A stretch of DNA of 48,034 nucleotides from a virus (Duplodnaviria > Caudoviricetes), in IMG/VR virus record IMGVR_UViG_3300005611_000048, positions 1 through 48,034 of that record; one strand, written 5' to 3'. Under the pieces are notes generated by a model. That model was not told the origin of the DNA. It did no database searches and saw only the letters and a program-made list of their open reading frames with translations. Both the position numbers and the translations under genes were made by a program. The number at the start of each line of letters is the position of its first letter. Within the stretch, counting starts at the first letter, position 1. Positions 20,058-29,552 of the stretch are shown piece after piece.

Positions 20058-20776
20058 CTAACCTCCGTCTTTCCAATACGTTTACCATCGCTTGACCATG
20101 CTCCACATCCATTACAGCGGTATCTTTGGTATCTTCCAACTCTTGTATCTCTATAGCCTCGTTTAACAATGTTATGAGACCCACAGTTAGGGCAGACATG
20201 ATCACTACCATCAGTAAACAATCCATGATTAGGATGTTGCGTGATCCACGGTAATAACTTTTCATAAAGTCTTTCCAGTAGCTCAACGTCTTCAAGATTA
20301 TAAACCTCCATTATCTTCTGTGAATCTTTATCACCAGCCATACAGCCTGTCCATAAAGGCATACCTGCATGTTGTACCTTCTGTCCTATATTAAGTTCCT
20401 GAGCAACATAATCTAACTTTTTGCTTGGGAATCTAAACTTACGTGCTACCTGTAACAAGTCTATCTCTTTATAGGGTGCAGGGGGTGGTAAGTCATGAGT
20501 TATGAACTCCCTATTTAGCATAGGTATATCAAACTTCTTACCATTGTAGTGTACAACTACGTCAGCCTCATCTAAGAGAGTATGAATCTCTTTTATAAAG
20601 TTCTTATTTCTCCACTCTGCATCAAAGAAGATCTCATCCGAACCATGCCACTTAGCTGCCCAACAAGCTGTATAACCTGCCTCTACAATCTGGTTAATGG
20701 CTATATTCTGCTTCCATAATCCCCAGACATACGCCTTGTTAGGGTAGGTCTCTATATCGGTATGAAGTATTTTCAT
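20054..20776 (-). CDS. DnaQ/RNase H-fold 3'-5' exonuclease with C-terminal zinc ribbon
   Basis: DIET, HYNGKKFDIP, IDL, KLDYV, YNLEDV; CPNC...RYRCNGC. Confidence 0.85.
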   Translation of the reverse strand: MKILHTDIETYPNKAYVWGLWKQNIAINQIVEAGYTACWAAKWHGSDEIFFDAEWRNKNFIKEIHTLLDEADVVVHYNGKKFDIPMLNREFITHDLPPPAPYKEIDLLQVARKFRFPSKKLDYVAQELNIGQKVQHAGMPLWTGCMAGDKDSQKIMEVYNLEDVELLERLYEKLLPWITQHPNHGLFTDGSDHVCPNCGSHNIVKRGYRDTRVGRYQRYRCNGCGAWSSDGKRIGKTEVR

Positions 20777-20790
20777 ACAAGCTCCTCCTG

Positions 20791-21330
20791 TTAATACTGT
20801 GAAGTATTCTCATCTATTTGGTGCTCAATGGCAAGGAGGTGTTTAGCTTGCATCTTAGCATCATCTAAAGCGTTATGTTTAGTTCCTTCAAAACTTTCTT
20901 TCTTGACTCCGGGGTACATCTCTTTCAGTGTACGATAGCAGCGATCTTTCCAAAACTCCCAAGAGAGTCCTAACTGCCTATAAGCGTCTGCTAGTATAGC
21001 GTTATCAAAAGAAGTGCCATTTGCCCAAAGCTCTGTAGCTCCAACTTCTAAAGTTAAGAATTTATCAAAGCCTTCTATAGCCTCTTTAAATTTTATCCTT
21101 TTGAAAGAGTTTAAGTGTTCTCTAGCAGAGTCTTCTTGTCGCATCCACCATAAGATAGTGTTAGCATCTATATGCCTGCCATTTATCTGATTATCCACTA
21201 AACAGATTTCAGTATAGAATTTCTTTTGAGATCCATCTGGTTCAGGGTCTATAACTACCGCTCCTATAGCAGTAATGGCTGCGTTTGAGTTTAGCCCCAT
21301 AGTTTCTAAATCTATCATTACTCTAGTCAT
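20791..21330 (-). CDS. DEDDh 3'-5' exonuclease (Rv2179c/DUF5051-like)
   Basis: VMIDLETMG, TILWW, WANG.SFDNAIL, RCYRT, HNALDDA. Confidence 0.88.
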   Translation of the reverse strand: MTRVMIDLETMGLNSNAAITAIGAVVIDPEPDGSQKKFYTEICLVDNQINGRHIDANTILWWMRQEDSAREHLNSFKRIKFKEAIEGFDKFLTLEVGATELWANGTSFDNAILADAYRQLGLSWEFWKDRCYRTLKEMYPGVKKESFEGTKHNALDDAKMQAKHLLAIEHQIDENTSQY

Positions 21331-21590
21331 AAATCTATCGGATTCGTTTGAAACCGTTTATCCCTCCTATCCTGCTTAACAACTCCCCACTCACCTTTAT
21401 TGAATACCCTTATATTACCTGTAGGTGTAACCATGATCTCTAAGGGCCTTCCTTTGGTCTTCGGGGTCTCTATAGCTATACAGACGTTACCTGTATGCTT
21501 GTCTGACCAATAACGTGAAACTTTAGCAGCACCATAATTAAATCCAAAGTCATGCTCGGACATTGCTATATGGTGATACTTCTTATTCAT
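21327..21590 (-). CDS. hypothetical protein
   Basis: 87 aa coupled ORF. Confidence 0.6.
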   Translation of the reverse strand: MNKKYHHIAMSEHDFGFNYGAAKVSRYWSDKHTGNVCIAIETPKTKGRPLEIMVTPTGNIRVFNKGEWGVVKQDRRDKRFQTNPIDL

Positions 21591-21778
21591 CAGTAATCCT
21601 CAATAGGGGAGAAGGTCTCTAGATCTACACCAGCTAGATAGATATTGTTTATAATATCTCCCATCTCAGTATGGGTAAATAATGCATGTGCGTTACCGCA
21701 GGATGGACAGCTACGATGCTCTAGCTCGTTCTCTGTCTCAATCTCAAATCCACATTGAAAGCATTTATACTCACTCAT
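21590..21778 (-). CDS. small zinc-ribbon protein
   Basis: YKCFQCG...CPSCG. Confidence 0.65.
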   Translation of the reverse strand: MSEYKCFQCGFEIETENELEHRSCPSCGNAHALFTHTEMGDIINNIYLAGVDLETFSPIEDY

Positions 21779-22133
21779 CTTTACCGTTTATCTCCTGATC
21801 CTTACTTTCCTTCCTCTTACGGTCATCTACTAGAGTACCCTCTATATTACTATCTATAAGTAAAGCACAACAGGCTCTTATGTGATGTAAGTGAGATACT
21901 CCTGATTCTGGATCAATATCCTCACAATAGAGAAAGTATGCAAGAAAGTGCCTTAAGATAGCTGCCTCATAGGTAGAGGCTAATATAGGCTCCTCTCTCC
22001 AATTCCTTTCACCATACTTAGAGGCTCCTAGTGCGTGTACTACGGCATCCCCTTCTAGGCAGGATAATACTAGCTTTTCAAGAGGTGCTTTACCATCTTT
22101 TAATGCTTGTATCAATTTAGGATTCCTATTCAC
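21771..22133 (-). CDS. dATP/dGTP diphosphohydrolase-like protein (DUF5664 type)
   Basis: GASKYGERNW...AAILRH...EDIDPESGVSHLHH. Confidence 0.85.
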   Translation of the reverse strand: MNRNPKLIQALKDGKAPLEKLVLSCLEGDAVVHALGASKYGERNWREEPILASTYEAAILRHFLAYFLYCEDIDPESGVSHLHHIRACCALLIDSNIEGTLVDDRKRKESKDQEINGKDE

Positions 22134-22599
22134 TTAATGTCACCTCCAGTACATTCAATTTCTTTTCTTTGTATAGTGTAGTGATTGCAGGGTTATCTTC
22201 AAATACACCCACAATCTTAAAGGACTTCTGTAAACGCTCAAGCTCTGAGATCTTCCATCCAGCTTGAAAAGGGGCTACGTCTTCATCTTTTAATACCTCT
22301 TGTTGCTTGACATGCTCATTAGGCATCATCAATAACATATCAGTATCAGGTTTAAAGTCTAGCTTCTGTTTAAGCCATATGTAAGTTATCTGTCTTAGGA
22401 ACTGAGGTCTAGCTGTAAGTATGATACGTTCCATGTCTTCGTGACGTTGCCATAACTCTTTCATGAACTTGTTAGGTTCACGTACAGCAGCTTCCTTAGC
22501 AAAGGTCTTCCAATTCCAATTATCTTGACCTACATCCACCCAGAACTTATTGGAAACTAATGTTCCATCTAAATCAAATATTAATGCTTCTGGTTTCAT
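22126..22599 (-). CDS. HAD-family phosphatase (polynucleotide 3'-phosphatase-like)
   Basis: IFDLDGTL, ILTARP, conserved K, FEDN. Confidence 0.82.
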   Translation of the reverse strand: MKPEALIFDLDGTLVSNKFWVDVGQDNWNWKTFAKEAAVREPNKFMKELWQRHEDMERIILTARPQFLRQITYIWLKQKLDFKPDTDMLLMMPNEHVKQQEVLKDEDVAPFQAGWKISELERLQKSFKIVGVFEDNPAITTLYKEKKLNVLEVTLSE

Positions 22600-22847
22600 T
22601 TAATGTAAGCCTCTCTTATCTTCTTATTTGTAGAATACACAGAGTCATGGTCTGCATTATATTGAGATAAGTTTTTTGGAACCTCTTTAAATATACGAAC
22701 ATACCAATCGTGATGACCATCTTTATCATTTTCAGCATACTTATCTGCTTGCCGTTTAGCTTCTTCTAGGTCAGACCCTATCCAGAAAACTCCGTGTAAA
22801 TACTTGGCATCCTTTTCTACAATATAAATAGTTTCTTCACTCTCCAT
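22596..22847 (-). CDS. hypothetical protein
   Basis: 83 aa coupled ORF. Confidence 0.6.
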   Translation of the reverse strand: MESEETIYIVEKDAKYLHGVFWIGSDLEEAKRQADKYAENDKDGHHDWYVRIFKEVPKNLSQYNADHDSVYSTNKKIREAYIK

Positions 22848-23313
22848 CTAACCATTCCTCCGGTATAACATTACCAACTGCACACTTGATACCATGTGCC
22901 TCACACCAAGTAACATAGTTCTTTTTCTTACCTATTGGTTCTCCTCTCTTAGGTGCTTTACCTAGCCAGTTGTTAGACTTAAACAACAAACGGAGATCCA
23001 TATCTGGGTACTGTTCCTTCATAGCAGCGTGTTTCTTTCTCTCCTCTGCTGTGAATCTACCCTTGGCCTCTACGATTAAACCATCTTGAAAGAAGAAGTC
23101 TGGAGTGTATGTTCGTTCTAAGGTGGACGGTGAACTGCCACACTCAGGACACACACTTCTCGGTATAGTTATAGTATACTTAAATGACTGCGCCTCATAA
23201 GCGAAAGGTATTCCCTTTTTTATCAAGTCATTCCCGATAGTTTTCTCAAACCCAGACTTAAAATCGAAATGCTCTACCCTGAAACTGTTTTTACTTTTTC
23301 TTCTTCTTGGCAT
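22837..23313 (-). CDS. endonuclease I-like Holliday junction resolvase (T7 gp3 family)
   Basis: FKSGFEK, YE, YTPDF, IVEAKGRF, YVTWCE..GI, IPEEWL; small CxxC insertion. Confidence 0.88.
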   Translation of the reverse strand: MPRRRKSKNSFRVEHFDFKSGFEKTIGNDLIKKGIPFAYEAQSFKYTITIPRSVCPECGSSPSTLERTYTPDFFFQDGLIVEAKGRFTAEERKKHAAMKEQYPDMDLRLLFKSNNWLGKAPKRGEPIGKKKNYVTWCEAHGIKCAVGNVIPEEWLDGE

Positions 23314-24119
23314 CTAGCTTCAATAACCTCCTTACGTTTAGTGTAATCATCACCTTCACTACGGAGTAAGTACACTAGTCTAGCCATTAAGACCATTCTT
23401 TCGTAATCCCCTCCGTAGGCATCGAGCGCAATAGTGAAGAGGTCTTTTGCACTTCTCGCAGGAGCAAGTAGTTGTGCTGCTGTTTTAACTCCAATACCCT
23501 TGACTCCCGGAATATCGTCTCCAGAATCTCCGGCGATGATTTGTGTATAGAGGTTAAAGTCTCCATCTTTCTTACTAATCGTGCATGTTTCTTTTTTAAC
23601 AGGGTTGTAGTGAAAACCTCTAACCTGTAGGAGATCCTTATCTTCACCAACAATACACGTAGTTTTAGTCTGTGCCATTGCAACTGCATCATCTTCCTCA
23701 TAACCAAATACATGCTCCACTTCGTAGTTATGTCTAAGCCACTCTATAGCGTGTTCTTGGTAGTAAGGTCTAGGCTTACCTTCACGAGACTTCTTATAGT
23801 CAGGGTAAAGGTCATTCCTAAAGTTACCTGATGATCCAAGAAATAGTCTAGGTGTTGACACACCTCCACAGACTTTAAAGATCTCGTCAAAAGCCTTTTC
23901 AAGGTTGTGATAAAGTACACTCTCATCTTCCCTAACGTGAACCTCATCTACGATCTCAGCCCCTTCGTTCTCCTTTACGAACTTCTTGGCGTTCATCTTG
24001 CCTCGTATTTCCTTCTGTTCATCCTCATAGAGTACAGTGAATAAATCATACTCTAATGCTGCTGGCCATTTATACTTAAATACACCACAGTCAATCAAAG
24101 GTGTTAGGACTCTACTCAT
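23274..24119 (-). CDS. 5'-3' exonuclease (T7 gp6/FEN family)
   Basis: NFR..LYPDYK.SR, EEDDAV, EDKDLLQ, GDSGDDIPGVKGIGVKTA. Confidence 0.9.
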   Translation of the reverse strand: MSRVLTPLIDCGVFKYKWPAALEYDLFTVLYEDEQKEIRGKMNAKKFVKENEGAEIVDEVHVREDESVLYHNLEKAFDEIFKVCGGVSTPRLFLGSSGNFRNDLYPDYKKSREGKPRPYYQEHAIEWLRHNYEVEHVFGYEEDDAVAMAQTKTTCIVGEDKDLLQVRGFHYNPVKKETCTISKKDGDFNLYTQIIAGDSGDDIPGVKGIGVKTAAQLLAPARSAKDLFTIALDAYGGDYERMVLMARLVYLLRSEGDDYTKRKEVIEARCQEEEKVKTVSG

Positions 24120-24481
24120 TAATGCTTAGTATCCGTGAAGTCTATTACTTGTAGATTAGGTGAGGGCTTCTTGTCTTTAATCATAGCTTTAACTATATCT
24201 AAAGATTGAATCTCTCGTCCCTGTATAACCAGAGCATCAGATAGATTCTTAGTTAAACCCATCTCTACTTTAGTTATAGTATTCTTTATGACGTACATAA
24301 AGGTTTTAGATTCTTCTACTTGAGGCTGATCAACTTCGTAAGACTCACTCTCTATATCTTCAGGGTCGTCAGGAAATTGATTCAAGTTAAAGAAGCTAAG
24401 GACTTGGGTAGGGATCTCCCTTACGAAGATACCCACACCCTTGTCCTCAACTACTAGGAGATCTTTAATCCCAATCTTCAT
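24119..24481 (-). CDS. hypothetical protein
   Basis: 120 aa coupled ORF. Confidence 0.6.
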   Translation of the reverse strand: MKIGIKDLLVVEDKGVGIFVREIPTQVLSFFNLNQFPDDPEDIESESYEVDQPQVEESKTFMYVIKNTITKVEMGLTKNLSDALVIQGREIQSLDIVKAMIKDKKPSPNLQVIDFTDTKH

Positions 24482-25097
24482 CGTCTTCTAAGTCATCGAA
24501 GCCAGTAGTAGCTTCAGCTTCCGCAGCTTTAGGCTGTTCTACCTTCTCAATCTCAGGTACATCATCCTCTGCCTCTTCTAGTTGAGGTTTACCATCTTCC
24601 AACTCTTTATTCTTGATGAGTAGGTCGTTATAGACGCTATCACGCAGCTCTCGGAAGTACCCTTCTAGTTTTACTACGTGATTCTTTGGAACCTTTCCTA
24701 GATCCATTGCACCTACAGCTAGAGATGCTGATAGTAGTTGTGCTGCTACGTTACCCGCATTCTGGTACATAATAAGGGGTTGAGTGATCTTAACATCACG
24801 TTCTTCCTTCTTAGCCCAATAATCATCCTTAACGCCACCACTTTTAAAGGTTTTCTTAGGGTAAGACTTGTTTGAGGTTTGAGGAGCTTCACCCTTCTTG
24901 ACTTGGATTGTACTTGCTACAGCTTGCCAGTAACCCTTATCATTCTGGGTTGCATCAAAGCGTACCTGATCACCCTTCTCAATATTCTTTGAGTTGGACT
25001 TGCCAATACCGTACCACGTACCGTCTACTAGGATTCCGAAGTAGCCTGTTTTTTGTTTATTGACTGCTTCGGCGTAGCCTTGGATTTGTTGTGTCAT
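24465..25097 (-). CDS. putative single-stranded DNA-binding protein
   Basis: OB-fold-like aromatic N-terminus, acidic tail ending DDLEDDEDWD, located between polymerase and exonuclease. Confidence 0.65.
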   Translation of the reverse strand: MTQQIQGYAEAVNKQKTGYFGILVDGTWYGIGKSNSKNIEKGDQVRFDATQNDKGYWQAVASTIQVKKGEAPQTSNKSYPKKTFKSGGVKDDYWAKKEERDVKITQPLIMYQNAGNVAAQLLSASLAVGAMDLGKVPKNHVVKLEGYFRELRDSVYNDLLIKNKELEDGKPQLEEAEDDVPEIEKVEQPKAAEAEATTGFDDLEDDEDWD

Positions 25098-25166
25098 GTA
25101 TCTTATATCTCCGTGAAATATATTTCTTTCAATTTATATGCAGTTCTATAGTTTGCATACCCCTAC

Positions 25167-25194
25167 TTAGACAGCTAAAGTGCCTAAAAGTTCC
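25167..25194 (-). promoter_or_regulatory. sigmaE/AlgU-type (ECF) promoter upstream of SSB
   Basis: Minus strand GGAACT-tttaggcactttagct(16)-GTCTAA in an intergenic gap, correctly oriented. Confidence 0.72.
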
Positions 25195-25195
25195 A

Positions 25196-27073
25196 TTACA
25201 ATTGTGTTAAGTACTTCTCTTCCCAATAGTCTGTAGTTCCCCAATGAGTGCCTACTTCTGATTCAGTCTCCATAGGTACTACGAAATCATAATCATATAG
25301 CTTTTTAAAGAGCATCATAGCATCCACTGTAAGCCCATGTGAGGCTAGTTTAGGTATAATCTCAGTCTCGTCTGGATGAACCTCGGATTCCACTGAGTCA
25401 TGCACTGTGTTGACAAGGAAGGACTTTAGATTCAGAGATCTCATCCTATGCCACATACAAGTGACCATGAAAGGAGTACCTTCTGCTGTAGCACCATTCT
25501 GACAGAAATAGTTACATATCTCATTAGAGTGGGTAGCAAATGATCCATCATGATTCCACTTAGCATAAGGCCAGTAGAATACTAATCCAGTGAAGATTCT
25601 GAGCTGCTTATCGGTTACAACTTGAGCAATCATCTCTTCCTGTAGTTCACCTATCTGCTCATGCTTATCTATAAACGCTGTATAGTATGCCCTCTGCTTA
25701 GGTGTACCTGATCTACCGTAGTAAAGAGGCTTAAAGGTATCTGATTTAGCTTCAGTCCTTAGAGCCTTCTTCTCAGCAGATCCGTCAGGTAGTGAGTCAT
25801 ACTCATCAAACAAGGTTGAAGCTGTAAGATAGTGTACATCCTCTCCTGCCTCTATAGCGGCCATACCATTAGCATCACGAGCATGGTTGACATAGAACCT
25901 GTACTCGAACTGAGCTACATCATCCTCCTCAAAGATCCACCCATCATGTCTAGCTTTGAATAGTGGCTTGAACTCCCTGTTCATGTTCTGGTACTGGATT
26001 GCATACTTCTTACCAGTACTAGTAAGTCTATGAGTAGCTGCTATGGTCTGATTTAGATTGGCATAGAGAACTCCATCCTCTTTAGCACAGTCATAGAGCT
26101 TCTTAAGCCAAGTAACACGAGTATCCATCTTAGCACGATTCTTAAATACTTCGATGAACTCTCTCTGCTTCTTGTTCTTTGGTTTAAGTTTAGCTATGGT
26201 ATCCTTATCTGACTTAGGTACACCATCAGGCCACTCTTCGGAAATCTTATTAACTAAAGGTTTACCGCGATGATCTGTAGGTATCTTAAAGCCAAGATCT
26301 ACATAGATAGCTTGAGCCATCTGTTTAGGAGACTTAGGATTAACATTGCCTAGAAGCTTATTAAAGCGAGTATTCCACTCGTGCAGTTCGTCACACTCCC
26401 GAAGGTACAATGTCTTAACACGCTCTAGATCTGGAACCATGCCCCGCATTTCAATATCCGCTAAGACAGGAGTAAATAAACACCTAGCATACATTACATT
26501 GAGTAATCCATGCTTAACGTGATACGCTCGTTGTCTTAGGAATAACTCCTCTGAAGCATCAACATCTATCCAGCAATACTTAAGAAGGTATCTCTCATCT
26601 ATGTTAGAAGGACATACCCCATCTTTGATTAAGCCGGATACAAGGGAGTCTTTGAGGAAAGGTATACCCCAACGCTTGAGACAAGCATCAAGATTAAACT
26701 TCCATTTACGATTACCTGCTATGATGTAGTCTGCAATCTGGGTACAGAATATAGGCTTAGCACCAATATCGAATCCACAACGGTCTAGCCATTGCAATTC
26801 AAACTTAGCATTATGAGCTACGATGAACTCACAGTTGTACAAGTCTTCAAGTAACTCACCAACATCAAAGACACCACCGAATACATGCTTCTTGGTACGG
26901 TGACCACCTTTAACGACAGTCCAGCATGACAGTACTAAGCTGTTCTCTTCGTAAGCGGCAAAGCCTTTCTCGTAGTTTGTAGTCTCGAAGTCAAGTACAA
27001 CGTAATCATCTTTAAGGTATATTGTAGGGTCAGGGTTCTCTATGTAATAAGGGAGTTGCCCTAGACTTGTCAA
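25196..27073 (-). CDS. DNA polymerase family A with 3'-5' exonuclease domain
   Basis: Exo motifs LDFET, AHNAKFE and Y..ID; polymerase motifs THRLTS, QYQN, DVAQFEYR (A), RTEAKSDTFKPLY (B), VHDS (C). Confidence 0.93.
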   Translation of the reverse strand: MTSLGQLPYYIENPDPTIYLKDDYVVLDFETTNYEKGFAAYEENSLVLSCWTVVKGGHRTKKHVFGGVFDVGELLEDLYNCEFIVAHNAKFELQWLDRCGFDIGAKPIFCTQIADYIIAGNRKWKFNLDACLKRWGIPFLKDSLVSGLIKDGVCPSNIDERYLLKYCWIDVDASEELFLRQRAYHVKHGLLNVMYARCLFTPVLADIEMRGMVPDLERVKTLYLRECDELHEWNTRFNKLLGNVNPKSPKQMAQAIYVDLGFKIPTDHRGKPLVNKISEEWPDGVPKSDKDTIAKLKPKNKKQREFIEVFKNRAKMDTRVTWLKKLYDCAKEDGVLYANLNQTIAATHRLTSTGKKYAIQYQNMNREFKPLFKARHDGWIFEEDDVAQFEYRFYVNHARDANGMAAIEAGEDVHYLTASTLFDEYDSLPDGSAEKKALRTEAKSDTFKPLYYGRSGTPKQRAYYTAFIDKHEQIGELQEEMIAQVVTDKQLRIFTGLVFYWPYAKWNHDGSFATHSNEICNYFCQNGATAEGTPFMVTCMWHRMRSLNLKSFLVNTVHDSVESEVHPDETEIIPKLASHGLTVDAMMLFKKLYDYDFVVPMETESEVGTHWGTTDYWEEKYLTQL

Positions 27074-27759
27074 ATAAGATCTCCTATGTAGTAACCTTTA
27101 AACTGAGAGAGGAACTCATCAGTATGGATACCTTCATTATACTGCACCCAGAGGTATATGTCAAGGTCTGGATGTGTTTTACGTATAATATCATACAACA
27201 TTTGTACTGTAGCACCACCTCCTAGAATATCATCTATCAAGACTATAGCGGTAGTGTCTGGAGCAAGACTATTCATAGATAGATCTACACGCAAGACCTT
27301 ACCATTAACCCTAACCTTCTTAGCACAAGGTAGAGTGCCTAGAGTAAACTTTTCTACTGAGGCATCACAACCTATATACTGTATACTATTACCAGAGGTT
27401 ATACCTAAACTATTCTCTATAGTAAAAGCAGATATAAGGGCAGATTTAATCTTATCCGTAGACTCGTGCTGTATCTGGAAACAGGTTATATCCAGTAAGT
27501 GTAAGAGTTGGTATATGTTAGCTACAGGGTAAAGATCCTTATCCCCTCTAAGGTGTTCTACATATCCTGATACATTAACAGGGAACTTATTGATAAAGTT
27601 ACGTTGTAACCCAAGCCAAGAGTTAAAAGCTAGTAGAGATACAAAGGTCTTACTGTCTATAGTGTCTACGTGCAAAACACCTTGTTCAAGTATAGAGGGA
27701 AAGTTAGATGTATCTAACTCCCCTTGCCCCCTCTTGTAGTATTTAAAAGTTTCAAACAT
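27070..27759 (-). CDS. divergent PRPP-synthetase-like protein (candidate ADPR-PP synthetase, NARP1 Adps-like)
   Basis: PRTase loop IVLIDDILGGGATV; degenerate PRS motifs HLRGDK, CDASV and CAKKVR; coupled to a NAMPT-like gene. Confidence 0.7.
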   Translation of the reverse strand: MFETFKYYKRGQGELDTSNFPSILEQGVLHVDTIDSKTFVSLLAFNSWLGLQRNFINKFPVNVSGYVEHLRGDKDLYPVANIYQLLHLLDITCFQIQHESTDKIKSALISAFTIENSLGITSGNSIQYIGCDASVEKFTLGTLPCAKKVRVNGKVLRVDLSMNSLAPDTTAIVLIDDILGGGATVQMLYDIIRKTHPDLDIYLWVQYNEGIHTDEFLSQFKGYYIGDLI

Positions 27760-29084
27760 TAGTATACCTGTTTAAGTTCAGGGTTAGTATTAGGTGTAAA
27801 CCTTCCGGTTAAAGACTTCTTACCACTATCAGTCTTAGGATCTTTCTGGATGTTAACCCACTCTCCATTACGCTCAACTGCCGTAGCTTTAAAAGCTAGT
27901 CCTAGCTCGTCCCTAGTCATGAGCTGATAAGTGTATGCACCTACTCCAAATACGATGTTAAGAGGAGAGTATCCTTTGCTAACCATTGTACTCAACATCT
28001 TATCAATGGTCTGCTGTGTCATACCATCTCCGTATATAAGTCCTATATGACTATCCAATACCTTAAGACCTTTAGAGTCTAAAGTATGTCCGAAGATGCT
28101 ATCAAGAATCTCTAGAGAAGATTCATGTCCCTCATCATCACCACAGATAATCTTAACTGGATCTCCTGAGTCAGGTCTAATCACTACCTTTCCATCACGA
28201 GCCATAATCTTATCTTTTAATTGCGGTAAAATATTCTTGAGAACATTAAAATAGTCCCAAGCATCAGACACAAGACTAACAATGCCTGTAGGGTATAGGT
28301 CGATAATCCTATCATAAGTGTCAAGTTCTGAGTCTGAACCCCCGGCGCACATGACACTGTGCTCAGTAGCAGGGACAGAGAAGCCAGTAACCTCTCCATA
28401 ATAATACTCCATATTCATAATAGCTGGTATAGTGTCAGAACCTTTGAACTGTGACAAGTGACCACAGCCTATAACTGCTGCTGCATCGTCACCAGCCATA
28501 CCTCTATAGGAGAAGTCATGACACATAAAATCAATAGCTTCTTTCTCTTCAGGGGTATAACCTTCAAAGTAACCTTCAATAGTGTTACGGATGTTCCATG
28601 CCCTGTTAGCAGCCGTAGTAACTCCCCACACGTTAGATAGTAATGAGGTTTCGATAAAAGAAGTTAACCAAGCAAACTCGTCAATAGTATTCTCTACAGT
28701 CAATAAAGGAGTCTGTAAATTGCATACCGACCGCTCCTCTACTGAATGAATAATTAAAGGTAGCTGACGTTCTTCCCATAAATCTCTCCAATGATTTATA
28801 GAGTTATCACCACCTAGACGTTCATCTAAAAAGTCTTTATAAGCTTCTAACTCCTCTTCCATCTGGTAGTGGGTTAAACTAAAGAACCAATCACTAAAGG
28901 AGTCTAACTTAGCTAAGTATAACTCTAGTCCAAACCAAAAGAACTTCTCTTGGTCAATGTACTCATTATAGTTTACAGATCTTGCGGTAAGTACACTATG
29001 CACCTTAGTAACATCTTTAGGGTATTGCTCTTTATGAGATACCTTATAAAAGTCTGCGGCGTACATAAGTTTATGGGGTGTCAT
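27759..29084 (-). CDS. nicotinamide phosphoribosyltransferase-like protein (candidate NARP1 Namat)
   Basis: DFYKVSH..QYP, HDFSYRG, GSDT, SVPATEHSVM, SLVSDAWD, VIRPDSGDP, IYGDG, FGVG..TYQ..TRD, KDPKTD.GKKS. Confidence 0.92.
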   Translation of the reverse strand: MTPHKLMYAADFYKVSHKEQYPKDVTKVHSVLTARSVNYNEYIDQEKFFWFGLELYLAKLDSFSDWFFSLTHYQMEEELEAYKDFLDERLGGDNSINHWRDLWEERQLPLIIHSVEERSVCNLQTPLLTVENTIDEFAWLTSFIETSLLSNVWGVTTAANRAWNIRNTIEGYFEGYTPEEKEAIDFMCHDFSYRGMAGDDAAAVIGCGHLSQFKGSDTIPAIMNMEYYYGEVTGFSVPATEHSVMCAGGSDSELDTYDRIIDLYPTGIVSLVSDAWDYFNVLKNILPQLKDKIMARDGKVVIRPDSGDPVKIICGDDEGHESSLEILDSIFGHTLDSKGLKVLDSHIGLIYGDGMTQQTIDKMLSTMVSKGYSPLNIVFGVGAYTYQLMTRDELGLAFKATAVERNGEWVNIQKDPKTDSGKKSLTGRFTPNTNPELKQVY

Positions 29085-29205
29085 CTATATCCTCCTCTGG
29101 GATGAAGTTACTGGTTTGGGATTCTTTAGGAAGTAAAGCGTATGCAGCTATAACAACAGAAAATATAACTACAAATAAAAAGAAGTTATCACTAATAGTT
29201 TCCAT
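29071..29205 (-). CDS. small membrane protein (not in ORF track)
   Basis: 44 aa METISDNFFLFVVIFSVVIAAYALLPK...; fills the gap between flanking genes. Confidence 0.45.
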   Translation of the reverse strand: METISDNFFLFVVIFSVVIAAYALLPKESQTSNFIPEEDIDDTP

Positions 29206-29344
29206 CTTTCTTAGCCTCCTTCTTTTTGTCTTTGTGTACTAAGGTTTTACCGTGATCCGGTGTACTCTTACGTACTTTGAATATACGATCAAACTCATCA
29301 TCAAACTTAGACTTAGCTATTTGAGATGGTCTACGTTTACTACC
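29192..29344 (-). CDS. small basic hypothetical protein
   Basis: Core of ORF 29192..29398 (SKGSKRRP...FDDEFDRIF pattern common in phages); start position approximate. Confidence 0.55.
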   Translation of the reverse strand, partial: GSKRRPSQIAKSKFDDEFDRIFKVRKSTPDHGKTLVHKDKKKEAKKDGNY

Positions 29345-29552
29345 CTTGCTCATTAGTATCCACCATCTCATCAACATCATAAACATATACCTGTCCACTA
29401 TCTTCTATAGGGGTCATAATATCTACGAGGTCTGTTATGGTATCTCGTGCTATATAACCTGCCGAATCTATATCTTCAGCATCTAGAGTAACCTTATAAA
29501 ACTCAGCACTCTTTATCGTAACTTCAAACTTAGGCATAAGGTGCATATCCAT
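29340..29552 (-). CDS. hypothetical protein
   Basis: 70 aa acidic ORF in the operon. Confidence 0.55.
   Translation of the reverse strand: MDMHLMPKFEVTIKSAEFYKVTLDAEDIDSAGYIARDTITDLVDIMTPIEDSGQVYVYDVDEMVDTNEQG

Noticed and set aside
21771-22133. Modified-base (Z or 7-deazaguanine) genome suggested by the dATP/dGTP diphosphohydrolase
   Set aside because: No PurZ, DpdA, QueC/D/E or FolE-like genes are seen in the window.
729-27073. Introns or inteins in terL, nrdJ or the DNA polymerase
   Set aside because: All three ORFs are continuous and of ordinary length, with no intein or homing-endonuclease motifs.
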